64,000 nt of DNA from Sedimentisphaeraceae bacterium JB056 (GCA_044440125.1 JBITAJ010000029.1:160001-224000); one strand, 5' to 3'. Positions 19,187 to 30,137 are shown, numbered from the stretch's first letter. Numbers and translations: made by a program. The notes: a model not told the origin generated them from the sequence alone.

Positions 19187-21394
19187 ATGGACAAGATTTG
19201 TAGCAAGTTAGTGCTTCTTATGATGGTTGTGGCTTTGCAATTATCCTTGACAGCACAAGAATCACAAGCCGGGACCGATGCTGAAATATTCATCGCCGGT
19301 TCTGATGGCGGATACTGGTACAGGGCTGATTCCCTGGGTAATGATATGGCTCTGGTTGAAAAATTTCAGGATGGCCCTTTGGACGGTGGGGCAAATGCTG
19401 TTGATGCGGGATATTTTGATACTGATAACAGCATAGATGTTATCATTGCAGAAGAAAAGCCTGCTGATGGATATCGTGCCCCAAACAGATGGTATAAGAG
19501 CAAGGATGGTATAATTGAAGCTTATTATTCTCCTTCAAGTACTGTTTATGAAGTTGCCAAGATTGGTGCCTATGCAGGTAAAAGCAGATTGTTTGCTGGA
19601 GAATTTTTCAATAATGGAAAAACTCAACTTATGACATCTTTATATTGGAATGGTACAGCCGGCTGTTATCAACTGGAAGGCGGTGATGATATCGCTACCA
19701 GCCTTGGTGATAAAATATGGAGTGTAAAAGCTGGATGCTCAGTTCAGGTTGGCTCTTCAACCGGTCTCTTTGTATGTAAGAGCAATAATTTCGAACTCTA
19801 TATGCCGAATACGACAAACGATGGTGTTTCTTTCAAAAACAGGCAGACGTTGCCTACCGGAACAAACGGTGTTGATATTACAGCCGGCGACTTTGACGGC
19901 GATTCGGAAGTTGATGTATTCATTGCTCTGGATAATGGAACCGTTGTCTGGTATGAGATGGGTTCGGCTTACTGGAGTGCTCCTCTGGCGGTTCAGGTTG
20001 GTTCGGCTTTTGGTGCTAATGTTACCAGTGTTGAGCTTTGCGATGTTAACAGTGACGGAACGTCGGAGCTTATGGTTGCAAGCGGCAGCGGCTCATCAAC
20101 TATAACATGGTACAATCCTGATCAGTCCGGTAATCCAGTTTCGGTTGGTACAACATCACTGAGTTTTGAAGTAAGAGATATGTCTGCTATAGTTTCAAAA
20201 GATGTTTTTGATCCTATCGGTACTCCTTCGTATGATCCCGCCGGTGTTTCTGATGTCTTTTCACTGAGCCCTAATGGTAATCTTTACTGGTATCAGGGCT
20301 TTACCAACAGCGACCAACTATCGTGGGCAGGTACTATAGCTGATGATGTTTTAGATTTTGCTTATGGTGATTTGGATAACGATGGTCTTACTGATATTGT
20401 TTATTCTACAAAGACGACAACCAAAACTCTTCATCGCTGCGAATATGATTCTACCACGAATTCATTTGCTTTCAAAAATGTGTATCCTTTCGGAACAGGT
20501 GGACCTAAGGTGTTTATCGGTAATCTCTACGGCGGAGACCGGGATAATCTTTTTGTTCTTTTAACTAACGGACAAACCTATTGGTATAAAGCAGATGATG
20601 CTGATGCAATTGATATGCAGCCGGTACAGGCCGATCCATTGACATGGAGCGCTACCGAAAGTATAGCAGTCGGTTATTACGACAAATATTCTCTTTCAAC
20701 GGATCCGGATATTATTGTAGCACGTTCAACGGGCCTTCAGTGGTATGAATATGCCAACCCGATTTACACTGTCGGCAGTGCCTGGTGGCCAAGCCTTTCA
20801 GGTATCCAGTCTATGTGTATGGGTGATTTTGACGGTAACGATGAAACTGATTTGCTGTATGTTAATACCCAGGTAATTGACAGCAACAGTATCGATGGTG
20901 TACTTTCGTGGTCCGAATCTGACGGTTATAATTTCCCTCCTACCTGGACTGATCGCGTAAGATGGGAAGAGAACTTTATCAGTGTCGGTATGGGTGATAT
21001 TGATGGAGACGGCAAGAGTGAGGTTGCCGCGGTCAAATCAGACTACACAACAAGTTTCTTTACCTATATGAGAGATCCATGGGTTGACGGCGAGGGAAAT
21101 ACTCGCGGCAAGAAGATGGGTATAAAGAACTTTGGTCAGATGGATTCTTCATCTGTTAAGATATTGATCAAGTCAGCTCCTGTACCTTGCAGTAATGCAC
21201 TTTCAGTTGCTGATATGAATATTGATTGTCAGGTTAATATAATTGACTATTCTGATATTGCCGATTTCTGGAATGCGAGCTGTTATTATGACGAAACCGA
21301 GGTTCAGGGAGAACGTATCGATGCCGACCTCGATTACGACTGTACGGTAGGTATTTCTGATCTCTCAATCTTTGTGGGACAATGGCTCAACTGA
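19187..21394 (+). CDS. Secreted FG-GAP/VCBS repeat protein with C-terminal dockerin-like domain; no catalytic domain recognised
   Basis: Signal peptide; AGDFDGDSEVDVF, YGDLDNDGLTDIV, MGDIDGDGKSEV; C-terminal ADMNIDCQVNIID...ADLDYDCTVGISDLSIFVGQWLN. Confidence 0.75.
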   Translation: MDKICSKLVLLMMVVALQLSLTAQESQAGTDAEIFIAGSDGGYWYRADSLGNDMALVEKFQDGPLDGGANAVDAGYFDTDNSIDVIIAEEKPADGYRAPNRWYKSKDGIIEAYYSPSSTVYEVAKIGAYAGKSRLFAGEFFNNGKTQLMTSLYWNGTAGCYQLEGGDDIATSLGDKIWSVKAGCSVQVGSSTGLFVCKSNNFELYMPNTTNDGVSFKNRQTLPTGTNGVDITAGDFDGDSEVDVFIALDNGTVVWYEMGSAYWSAPLAVQVGSAFGANVTSVELCDVNSDGTSELMVASGSGSSTITWYNPDQSGNPVSVGTTSLSFEVRDMSAIVSKDVFDPIGTPSYDPAGVSDVFSLSPNGNLYWYQGFTNSDQLSWAGTIADDVLDFAYGDLDNDGLTDIVYSTKTTTKTLHRCEYDSTTNSFAFKNVYPFGTGGPKVFIGNLYGGDRDNLFVLLTNGQTYWYKADDADAIDMQPVQADPLTWSATESIAVGYYDKYSLSTDPDIIVARSTGLQWYEYANPIYTVGSAWWPSLSGIQSMCMGDFDGNDETDLLYVNTQVIDSNSIDGVLSWSESDGYNFPPTWTDRVRWEENFISVGMGDIDGDGKSEVAAVKSDYTTSFFTYMRDPWVDGEGNTRGKKMGIKNFGQMDSSSVKILIKSAPVPCSNALSVADMNIDCQVNIIDYSDIADFWNASCYYDETEVQGERIDADLDYDCTVGISDLSIFVGQWLN

Positions 21395-21440
21395 GTGTCC
21401 GGCAAATTAATATTATAATCGATATAAAGTAAATTAACGG

Positions 21441-21475
21441 CAGGAGTCGTGGTCGTAAGTCACGGCTCCTGTTTT
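21441..21475 (+). terminator. Intergenic stem-loop with short U-tract
   Basis: CAGGAGTCGTG/CACGGCTCCTG stem followed by TTTT. Confidence 0.6.
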
Positions 21476-21499
21476 CAGGATGAGTTTTAGGGATATTTA

Positions 21500-23071
21500 A
21501 TGACAAGTCAAATCATCGATCCACATTTTGCGACAAGTGATTATGTCGTAATGATAACTTATATTGTTGCTGTTGTTATTTTAGGCGCGGCTTTCTGTAT
21601 AAAAGAGAAAAACACCGAAGATTATATACTTGGCGGAAGAAGTATGCCGTGGTGGGCAATAACGCTTTCTATCTTTGTTACTCTTTTCAGCGCAATATCA
21701 TTTGTCGCTGTTCCCGAAGAAGCTTACAAAAACGGGTTGAGATTATGGCTCAATGCATTTATAGGGCCTTGTCTTGTCCCGCTTGCTATGTGGATGTTTC
21801 TGGCCTTTTATTACAGTCTTAAATCTTTCACTCCTTACGAGTATATAGAGAAAAGATTTTCACCCAAAATACGGTTGATATGCAGCATTCTCTTTATATT
21901 GCAGAAAGGCTTATACCTTGCAATAGTACTGTTTGCTTCTGCAAAAGCTTTTGAAGGAGCAGTTGGATGGAAACCATGGTTTACTATTCTTGTGGTAGGT
22001 TTGCTTGGAACTCTGTATACAACTCTTGGCGGAATGAAGGCGGTAGTATGGACCGACGTTGCCCAGTTTTTTGTTCTTGGCGGCGGAATTCTGACCGTGG
22101 CATGTTTTCTTGTATTCAAAGTTGATTCGGGTTTTACCGGTATTTTTTCTTACGCGTTTGAAAATGAGCATGGTTTCAATATCGATAAAAGTTTCTTCAG
22201 TTTTGATCCGTATGAAAGGAGCTCGATATGGTGGATGCTGTTGCTCGCTTTTGGCGCTACGATGAACTACTATGCGACCGACCAGCTCGTAATACAGAGA
22301 ATTCTTTCCACTAAAACGTATAAGCAGGCTAAAATGTCTGTTTATGCCAATATACCGGTCTCGCTGTCGGTTGGGGCAATGTTCTGGTTTGTAGGCATAG
22401 GCTTGTTTGCCTATTTCAATCAAACAGGCGAAAATCTTGCAGAGAATATCGACCCCTCACAGGTTTTAAGTTATTTCATCACTACTCAGCTTCCTTCTCC
22501 GATACCGGGTCTGATAATGGCCGGTTTGCTTGCGGCTATAATGTCGACGGTGGATTCTGGAATAAGCAGCCTTTCGGCGGTGGCGGTTAAGGATATATAC
22601 GGGCGTTTTATCAAAAAAGATGCAACTGAAGAAAAGCAACTGTCGGTATCAAAATATATGACAGTGGTATGGGGAATATATATGATAGCGGCAGCACTGC
22701 TGATAGTGTGGGTCTCCGATAAAGCTGTTTCTACCGTAATGGAGCTTGGTGCTATATGGCAGAGTGTGGGAGGTATTGTCCTCGCCATATATATACTTGG
22801 AGTAACAAATTCAAGAATTAAGACCAGGTGGTTATTAGTAAGTGCTGGCGTTTCTTTAGTCTTGCTTCTTATTGGTATTGTTGAATTTTATTACACAAGA
22901 GCTGAGGATGAAAGAGTTTCATTTTTAATTGTTGGTAATATTGGGCTTATATCAATGCTTATAATAGGCTATGCGGGTGTTATAGTATCGAAGTATATAA
23001 CTCATCGTGAGCAACAAGATGCTTATCCAGGTTTAACTTTATGGACAATTGACAGAACTAAAATTAAGTAA
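21500..23071 (+). CDS. Sodium:solute symporter (SSS) family transporter
   Basis: EDYILGGRSMPWW, GGMKAVVWTDVAQ, DQLVIQR, AAIMSTVDSGISS; multiple transmembrane segments. Confidence 0.9.
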   Translation: MTSQIIDPHFATSDYVVMITYIVAVVILGAAFCIKEKNTEDYILGGRSMPWWAITLSIFVTLFSAISFVAVPEEAYKNGLRLWLNAFIGPCLVPLAMWMFLAFYYSLKSFTPYEYIEKRFSPKIRLICSILFILQKGLYLAIVLFASAKAFEGAVGWKPWFTILVVGLLGTLYTTLGGMKAVVWTDVAQFFVLGGGILTVACFLVFKVDSGFTGIFSYAFENEHGFNIDKSFFSFDPYERSSIWWMLLLAFGATMNYYATDQLVIQRILSTKTYKQAKMSVYANIPVSLSVGAMFWFVGIGLFAYFNQTGENLAENIDPSQVLSYFITTQLPSPIPGLIMAGLLAAIMSTVDSGISSLSAVAVKDIYGRFIKKDATEEKQLSVSKYMTVVWGIYMIAAALLIVWVSDKAVSTVMELGAIWQSVGGIVLAIYILGVTNSRIKTRWLLVSAGVSLVLLLIGIVEFYYTRAEDERVSFLIVGNIGLISMLIIGYAGVIVSKYITHREQQDAYPGLTLWTIDRTKIK

Positions 23072-23078
23072 TAATGAC

Positions 23079-25409
23079 ATGTTAAAAGATTTTGCAACAA
23101 TGAATACTCAAAATTGGTATAGCTTCAAAGAAAAAGGTAAATGCTGCAGTATAGAAACTCCGGATACTCCCCGTCCCTGGCAGAATTATATTTACGGCAG
23201 TGACGGTAACTTTCAGTTAGTTATTTCGCAAAGAGCCAAAGGGGACAGCTTTTATTTTAGCAAAGCGGCCAATAATTTTTCCGCCGGACGCAATTACAAC
23301 CTGCTTGATAAGGAAAGCGGCAGATGCTGGTCGGTTAACGGGGGAGATGCTCCTTTTTCTCCCGAAAAATATAAGTGCAGGCATTTTCCCGGTAAAACCG
23401 TTTTTAACGTTTTGAATGACGGTATTGAAACCGAGCTTCTTATCACAGCGGATGTGGATAACGATATTGAAATTAACAGACTGACCATAAAGAATAGCCG
23501 TGAGAAAAGGGCCGTTTTTTCTCTTATCGGTTTTAATGAGTGTGTTCTTGAAGGTGTAAAAAACGGCAACCAGATAGACAAGACGACTTTCGATGAAAAA
23601 ACCGGCGCGGTTTTGGCTCAGAAATGTCATTTTGATACTCCTTCATATAAATATGCGGCTTTTTATGCGGCAGATCGTTACCCTGATTCTTACAGCGGTT
23701 CTCTTGAGGCATTATTTGATGCAGACGTGCCGAGATCGAATGCTGATATCTGGAAAAAGGGCAGACTTCCTAATAAAAATGCCCACGCAACTAAGATCGC
23801 AATGGCTCTGCAGCATGAGATGATTTTGGAACCCGGTGAGCTTCTGTGCATAAATTACGGCTTAGGACTTGCTGATTCGATGGATGAGGCTGCCCGATTA
23901 GCAGAGGATTTTGTCGCCGAAAAAAACTCTCAAGATATAATTCAGCAGAATGAGACTTATTTTGATGAAGTGCTGAATAACGGCCAAATTGAGACGGAAG
24001 ACAATATCCTTAATTCGATGCTGAATTTCTGGGCAAAGATACAGTTGCATAGACAGGTGTTGACTGCAAGAGGCGCAGTAAGTCATAATTGGCGTAATAA
24101 CCTGCAGGATGCCTGGGGATGGATGATATTTGATCCGGGATGGGCAAGAAGAAGGCTCTATGAAATGTTTAGCCTTGCCAATGAAGATGGATTTCTAAGA
24201 AGAACATCCATGCGTGTTCCAGAATTGTGTGGTTCAAGTGCAAGTCATTATTTAAGCCAAAGACATGGTGATATTGCTACATGGACGGCGCTGCTTGCAG
24301 GAAGATATGTGGCGGAAACGGGAGATTTAGATTTCTTCAAAGAAGAAGTTGAATACGCTCAGGGCAAAAAGAAAGCATCGGTTGTTGATTGTCTTATCAA
24401 TGCTGTTCAATGGCTGCTTGATCATAAGGGTAAACATGGCATGATATTGATGCTTGATGGTGACTGGAGCGATCCCCTTGAGGAAGCAGGTAAAAGGGGG
24501 ATTGGCGAATCACCGTGGACAACCGTCGCTCTTGTAAACGGGATAAAACATATTGACGGTCTTCTCAGATGCCTCGGTTATGATGAAAAGGCAGATTATT
24601 TCAAAGATCAGGCCCAGCAGCTTGCAAAAGCAGTAAATGAGAATGCTTGGGATGGACAGTGGTATATCAGGGGGATAACTGATGATGGTGTCAGGTTTGG
24701 GATGAAAGATGATCCTGATGCTAATGTAAGTTTGATGATGCAGGCGTGGCCAATAATAAGCGGTGTAGTTCCCCAAGAGAGGAAAAGCTCCGTTTTAAGG
24801 GCGATTGATGAGCATGTTAAGACGGATATCGGACCTATACTTTACGGGCCTCCTTTCCTGAAATGGAGGCCGGAAATCGGTCGTGAAACGGTTAAACAGC
24901 CGGGTACCGGAGAGAACGGGTCGGTCTATGTTCATGGAGCCATGATGCTGGCAAATGCAGAAATAGTTGCGGGTCGGGCTGATCAGGCACTGGATATCAT
25001 TAAGAAGGTACTGCCTTTAAGAGAAGAAAGCTGTGAACATATCACCAGAGATATACCTTTATGGATGCCGAATTTCTACCATGGTCCTCACTCTGACACG
25101 CCGGGGCTCTCAAGCGGCATAATAAGTACAGGGGCACCTGCCTGGTTCTTTATCAATGTTTGTGAAGGGTTTTTAGGTATAAAACCTCAGATTGATCATT
25201 TATTGATCGACCCATTGTTCCCTTCGTCATGGAAGAATGCTCGTTTTAAGAGACAATGGCGAGGATCTGTTTTTGATTTTCGCTATAGAAGAGATATGAG
25301 CGTCTCTGGTTTGTCAGTTTATTTTAATGATAAGAAACTGGAAGATAACCGTATACCTGTTCCTCAAAAAGAGGCTGTATACGATGTTGAAATAGTTATT
25401 GGAAAATAA
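23079..25409 (+). CDS. GH94-like glycoside phosphorylase
   Basis: TPRPWQNYI, WRNNLQD, GDWSDPL (catalytic Asp region), NAWDGQWYIRG, GTGENGSVYVHG, TGAPAW. Confidence 0.85.
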   Translation: MLKDFATMNTQNWYSFKEKGKCCSIETPDTPRPWQNYIYGSDGNFQLVISQRAKGDSFYFSKAANNFSAGRNYNLLDKESGRCWSVNGGDAPFSPEKYKCRHFPGKTVFNVLNDGIETELLITADVDNDIEINRLTIKNSREKRAVFSLIGFNECVLEGVKNGNQIDKTTFDEKTGAVLAQKCHFDTPSYKYAAFYAADRYPDSYSGSLEALFDADVPRSNADIWKKGRLPNKNAHATKIAMALQHEMILEPGELLCINYGLGLADSMDEAARLAEDFVAEKNSQDIIQQNETYFDEVLNNGQIETEDNILNSMLNFWAKIQLHRQVLTARGAVSHNWRNNLQDAWGWMIFDPGWARRRLYEMFSLANEDGFLRRTSMRVPELCGSSASHYLSQRHGDIATWTALLAGRYVAETGDLDFFKEEVEYAQGKKKASVVDCLINAVQWLLDHKGKHGMILMLDGDWSDPLEEAGKRGIGESPWTTVALVNGIKHIDGLLRCLGYDEKADYFKDQAQQLAKAVNENAWDGQWYIRGITDDGVRFGMKDDPDANVSLMMQAWPIISGVVPQERKSSVLRAIDEHVKTDIGPILYGPPFLKWRPEIGRETVKQPGTGENGSVYVHGAMMLANAEIVAGRADQALDIIKKVLPLREESCEHITRDIPLWMPNFYHGPHSDTPGLSSGIISTGAPAWFFINVCEGFLGIKPQIDHLLIDPLFPSSWKNARFKRQWRGSVFDFRYRRDMSVSGLSVYFNDKKLEDNRIPVPQKEAVYDVEIVIGK

Positions 25410-25434
25410 TTTTAAGAAAGAAGAATATATTAGT

Positions 25435-26445
25435 ATGAAGATCGGTGCAAGTTATATACCACCTCATCAGCCATGTCATATCGAGTCAGATATGAAGTAT
25501 ATGAAGCAAATTGGTTGCGATCAGGTTCTGTTTGCATTGCAGGAAAACCATTTTCAATGGCTGAACGGTTCGGTGAGGTTCGGACCTCAAATAGCCAAGG
25601 ATCATGGCTTGTTTACCCGTGCAGTTATGTGGGGGTACGCCAACACAAGCGGTGGAGGCAGGAGCTCACGTGTTATGCTCGAAAATCCGGATATGTGGAG
25701 ATGCAATACAGACGGACGTCCTTTCCTTGGAGGTTATCCAAACCCCAAAGCATGTCACAATAATCCCAAGACAATATCGTTCTTTGGCGATTATGTATGC
25801 CAGTGCAGAGAGTTTGGGTTTGATAGCATCATGATAGATGAGCCGACTGTTCAGGATTGCTTCTGCGAGCATTGCAGAGAGCTTTTTTACGACAGATTCA
25901 AAATGGATCTGGAAAAGAGCCGTGAAAGCTCTGAATACAAGCAATTTCAGTATGAAACTACTATCGAGTTCGTTAAAAAAAGTTGCAGAGAGGTCAAGAA
26001 GGCAGATATTGACCTTCAGAGTGGCTTGTGCCTCATGCCAAGTGACAGGGATAAATTTGATGACATGGCGGTTATTAGCGATCTTGATGTCTTTGGAACG
26101 GACCCTTACTGGCTGAGACCCATAAATAAACTCACCTTTGAAGATGCTGTGAATGTTACTAAATATGCAAGAAGACTTTCTGATGAGAATGGTAAGCTTT
26201 TTGAGCTTTACCTCGGATGCTTTGGCATTGATGCCGGCCTTGAAGAAAAGATATATTCCGGCAGCAAGATACTTATAGAGGAAGGTGCCCCCGACCTTGT
26301 AACCGCCTGGTCGTTTAGAGGAGGTATAGGACTTGGTGATCTTTCTTCTGAAGAATGTGATAACCCGCAATTAGCGTGGGATAGCATTGAACGGCTTTAC
26401 TGTGAAATAGCAGCGGAAAGGGAATTGGTATGCCTGCAAGCATAG
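25435..26445 (+). CDS. Cytoplasmic TIM-barrel putative glycoside hydrolase-like protein
   Basis: MKIGASY, IMIDEP, CFCEHC cysteine cluster, FGTDPYW; no signal peptide. Confidence 0.45.
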   Translation: MKIGASYIPPHQPCHIESDMKYMKQIGCDQVLFALQENHFQWLNGSVRFGPQIAKDHGLFTRAVMWGYANTSGGGRSSRVMLENPDMWRCNTDGRPFLGGYPNPKACHNNPKTISFFGDYVCQCREFGFDSIMIDEPTVQDCFCEHCRELFYDRFKMDLEKSRESSEYKQFQYETTIEFVKKSCREVKKADIDLQSGLCLMPSDRDKFDDMAVISDLDVFGTDPYWLRPINKLTFEDAVNVTKYARRLSDENGKLFELYLGCFGIDAGLEEKIYSGSKILIEEGAPDLVTAWSFRGGIGLGDLSSEECDNPQLAWDSIERLYCEIAAERELVCLQA

Positions 26446-27230
26446 TTAAATCAAAACTCAAAAGCGGCCGGCCAGTACTGGTAAACAAGAGCAATTTTCA
26501 TAATCCTTCAATGGTTGAATTAATCGGATTGATGGGTTTTGACTGTTTATGGTTGTGTAACGAACATATAGCCGTTGACCAATCATTGATGGCATCTATG
26601 CTTCAGGCATGCCGTGCTTCGGGGATGGATTGCGTTGTAAGAGTGGGGCAGGATTGCTACGCCGATATAATGCGATTTCTCGAACTCGGCGCCAACGGTT
26701 TGATGCTTCCTCATATAACTGATGCTGCTTCGCTGGAGAAAGTTATTGATGTTGCAAAATTTCCTCCGCTGGGACATCGCGGCATAGATGCGGTCAGTGC
26801 TGACGCTGATTTCGGTATGATGCCGCTGGCCGATTATCTGAAGTTTGCAAATGAGCAGACCTTTATCGTTGCCCAAATAGAGGATGTTACCGGTCTGAAT
26901 AATATTGAAGAAATAGCAGCGGTTAAAGGAGTCGATGTCATATTTATTGGTCCTGCCGATCTTTCTCTGAATATGGGAATTCCCGGTCAGCTTAAGCACC
27001 CTGATATTATTGACGCTATTAAACGTGCCGTCAAGGTTTGCCGCAATAACAATATAACCTGCGGAACTCCCGGTCTTGACCCAGATCATAGCAAAATGCT
27101 GCTTGATATGGGAGTAGGATATATAACCGGAGCTTCAGACTATGGCATTCTGGTAAGAGGCTTCAGGGAAGCCAGAGAAAAATACAGAGCGATCGGTTTT
27201 GATTTCAGGGATGAAGGCAGAAAATACTAA
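26430..27230 (+). CDS. HpcH/HpaI class II pyruvate aldolase family
   Basis: GFDCLWLCNEH, KFPPLGHRG, AQIED, FIGPADLS. Confidence 0.9.
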   Translation: MPASIVKSKLKSGRPVLVNKSNFHNPSMVELIGLMGFDCLWLCNEHIAVDQSLMASMLQACRASGMDCVVRVGQDCYADIMRFLELGANGLMLPHITDAASLEKVIDVAKFPPLGHRGIDAVSADADFGMMPLADYLKFANEQTFIVAQIEDVTGLNNIEEIAAVKGVDVIFIGPADLSLNMGIPGQLKHPDIIDAIKRAVKVCRNNNITCGTPGLDPDHSKMLLDMGVGYITGASDYGILVRGFREAREKYRAIGFDFRDEGRKY

Positions 27231-27285
27231 GCGTTATATAATTTGAATTTAAGCTTCAATTGATTTTGATACGAAAGAGTTTGTA

Positions 27286-28641
27286 ATGAGTTTTAATTCT
27301 GATTTTGTATGGGGTGCGGCAGCGGCAGCTTACCAGGTTGAAGGTGCGGCCTTTGAAGATGGTAAAGGCTGGAGTGTATGGGACATGATGTGCCGTAAAG
27401 AAGGTGCCATATTTCAAGGGCAGAAGGGTGATGTAGCCTGCGACCATTATCATCTTTATAAGAAAGATGTATCTTTGATGAAAGAAATAGGTCTCAAAGG
27501 TTACAGGATGTCCCTTTCTTGGCCGCGAATCATGCCTGATGGTGTTGGCAGAGTAAATGAAAAGGGACTTGATTTCTATGACAGACTTATAGATGAACTT
27601 TTAGAAAACGGAATTAAACCCTTTGTAACATTATTTCACTGGGATTATCCTTATGAGCTTTTTGTAAGGGGTGGCTGGTTGAATCCACAAAGCTCTGATT
27701 GGTTCCGTGATTATACGAAAATAGTTGTAGAGAGGCTATCTGACAGAGTAACAGACTGGATGACTCTTAATGAACCTCAGTGTTTTATAGGTGCTGGACA
27801 TTTAGGCGGCCACCATGCTCCAGGTATTAAGCTTGGCATCAGAGAGGTTCTTCTTGCCGGTCATAATGCTCTGCTTGCACATGGAAAAGCCGTTCAAACT
27901 ATAAGACAGTATGCTCATAAAAAAGCCAATATCGGTTACGCGCCGGTAGGTGTCGTAAAAATTCCTGACGATCCATCCTCTCAAAACGATATTGAAGCCG
28001 CCAGAAAATCGATGTTCACTGTCGATAATAAGAATTGCTGGAACAATACATGGTGGATGGATCCGGTTTTCTTTGGCAGTTACCCTGAGGATGGACTTAA
28101 ATTGTATGGGGATTGTGTTCCTTCGTACAGTGATTCTGACATGGCAATAATAAGTGAGCCGGTAGACTTTACCGGTGCCAATATCTATAACGGACGTGAA
28201 ACATACGCAGATGAAAACGGCGAACCCAAAGAAGCTCATAGAAAAGATGGCTACCCGTACTCTGCACTGAAATGGGCTGTTGCGCCTGAATCATTATATT
28301 GGGGGCCAAAATTCTTCTATGAAAGATACGGCAAACCGATTGTGATAACGGAAAACGGGCTTGCAAATATAGACTGGATAGCAAAAGATGGTGCGGTTCA
28401 TGACCCCCAGAGAATAGATTTTATGGCTTGCTATCTTGCTTCTCTAAAGAGGGCGGCTAAGGACGGCGTTGATATTAAAGGATATTTTCACTGGTCTTTT
28501 ACTGATAATTTTGAATGGGCAGAGGGATTTTCCGTACGAATGGGTCTTGTATATGTTGATTATGTTACTCAGCAGAGAACGGTCAAGGATTCAGGCTTCT
28601 GGTATAAGACAGTAATAGATAATAACGGAGAGGATCTCTAA
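27286..28641 (+). CDS. GH1 beta-glucosidase
   Basis: FVWGAAAAAYQVEG, TLFHWD, TLNEP, ITENG, DNFEWAEG. Confidence 0.95.
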   Translation: MSFNSDFVWGAAAAAYQVEGAAFEDGKGWSVWDMMCRKEGAIFQGQKGDVACDHYHLYKKDVSLMKEIGLKGYRMSLSWPRIMPDGVGRVNEKGLDFYDRLIDELLENGIKPFVTLFHWDYPYELFVRGGWLNPQSSDWFRDYTKIVVERLSDRVTDWMTLNEPQCFIGAGHLGGHHAPGIKLGIREVLLAGHNALLAHGKAVQTIRQYAHKKANIGYAPVGVVKIPDDPSSQNDIEAARKSMFTVDNKNCWNNTWWMDPVFFGSYPEDGLKLYGDCVPSYSDSDMAIISEPVDFTGANIYNGRETYADENGEPKEAHRKDGYPYSALKWAVAPESLYWGPKFFYERYGKPIVITENGLANIDWIAKDGAVHDPQRIDFMACYLASLKRAAKDGVDIKGYFHWSFTDNFEWAEGFSVRMGLVYVDYVTQQRTVKDSGFWYKTVIDNNGEDL

Positions 28642-28651
28642 AGAGTGTGTT

Positions 28652-30127
28652 ATGTCAAGTAATATACGAATAGCAGTGATTACTGATATACATTTCTCTG
28701 CCTTTCAGTCAGGTAAAAGGTTGGGGCAGTATGGAGATGTCTTTTTATTGCGTATCGTGAACAGGCTCAACCGGTTCATCAAACCTGATATTGTTATTGT
28801 TCTTGGGGATATTATTGATAACGCTGAGGAAACGGATATTGGTCAACGCTATAAAATAATTCGTAATATTCTTGATAAACTTAAATGCCCGTATATAGTA
28901 ATTCCGGGCAATCATGATATTGCCCCCGACGCTTTTTACGATTATTTTAATGCTCCCGAATTAGTAACGCAATGCAAGGGATACGGTTTTGTTTCGTTTC
29001 CGTACGATATTGAGACACCGGGCTATAATGCTTTCAGGGCTAATGATCAAATAGATCTTATGGCTTATTCGAGAACGAAATTTGGCGGGCCGCTGATCGT
29101 GATTCAGCATGTTCCGGTTGCACCTGCTGAAAAAGCGCCTTGCTATAATTACGTCAACAGCGAGCAGATAATAAACAGCATGCGGGATAACGGCATTTTT
29201 CTGAGCATAAGCGGACATTATCATCCCGGTTATGAACTCTATGGATATAATTCAATGAATTTTGTCTCAGTTGCTTCTCTGTGTGAAGAGCCTTTCAATT
29301 TCTGGTTGCTTGATATTGAAGATGAAAAAGTCTCCGTTGACAAACATCAATTGAAAATACCCGGAAAATACCGGCTTTATGATAATCACACTCATACGCA
29401 GTTTGCATATTGTGGTGAAAATGTGTCGATGTCGGCTAATTTGGAATTGGCAGATGTTTTTGGGCTTGAAGGCCTGTGCTTTTCCGAGCATTCGGGGCAG
29501 CTCTATCAGAGACAGGAGTTGTGGAATAAGCTTGATTTTTTCCATTACGGTTTAGAAAATTGCAAAGATGTTAGGCGTCAATCAGTATCCGATTATATCA
29601 ATGAGGCATGCAGTGTAGGTATGAATAAAGAATTTATCGCTCTGGAAGTCGATATCGATGCCAATGGAGAGCTTGTGCTTTTTGATGAAGATAGAGAAAA
29701 AGCCGGTTTTTTAATTGGAGCCGTGCACTATCTTAAAGAGGCGTCAAAAAAGAATGTTGACTATAAAGAGATATGTAATGAGTTTATGCATCAGACACAA
29801 AAGCTTCTCGAACTTGAGATCAATATTCTTGCTCATCCGTTCAGAGTGTTTAGAAGAAACGCAATGGAACCTGATCAGGAACTTTTTGATAAAATGGTGA
29901 AGATGCTTTCCATGTATGACACTGCGGTGGAGATAAATTTTCATACTAATGATCCGCCGCTTGCCTTTTTCCGGAAATGTCTCGACGCAGGCATAAAAAT
30001 ATCCTTGGGTTCTGATGCACACAATTTATATGAGATAGGAGAGTTTTACCCTCACATTGAATTGTTGAAGAAAGCCGGCTGCAACGGTAACTTTTCGAAT
30101 ATGCTAACTCCCTGCTCAATGCGGTAA
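28652..30127 (+). CDS. Calcineurin-like metallophosphoesterase fused to a PHP domain
   Basis: N-half TDIH, LGD, PGNHD, SGHYH; C-half DNHTHT, SEH, AHP, GSDAH. Confidence 0.8.
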   Translation: MSSNIRIAVITDIHFSAFQSGKRLGQYGDVFLLRIVNRLNRFIKPDIVIVLGDIIDNAEETDIGQRYKIIRNILDKLKCPYIVIPGNHDIAPDAFYDYFNAPELVTQCKGYGFVSFPYDIETPGYNAFRANDQIDLMAYSRTKFGGPLIVIQHVPVAPAEKAPCYNYVNSEQIINSMRDNGIFLSISGHYHPGYELYGYNSMNFVSVASLCEEPFNFWLLDIEDEKVSVDKHQLKIPGKYRLYDNHTHTQFAYCGENVSMSANLELADVFGLEGLCFSEHSGQLYQRQELWNKLDFFHYGLENCKDVRRQSVSDYINEACSVGMNKEFIALEVDIDANGELVLFDEDREKAGFLIGAVHYLKEASKKNVDYKEICNEFMHQTQKLLELEINILAHPFRVFRRNAMEPDQELFDKMVKMLSMYDTAVEINFHTNDPPLAFFRKCLDAGIKISLGSDAHNLYEIGEFYPHIELLKKAGCNGNFSNMLTPCSMR

Positions 30128-30137
30128 TTATGTGATT

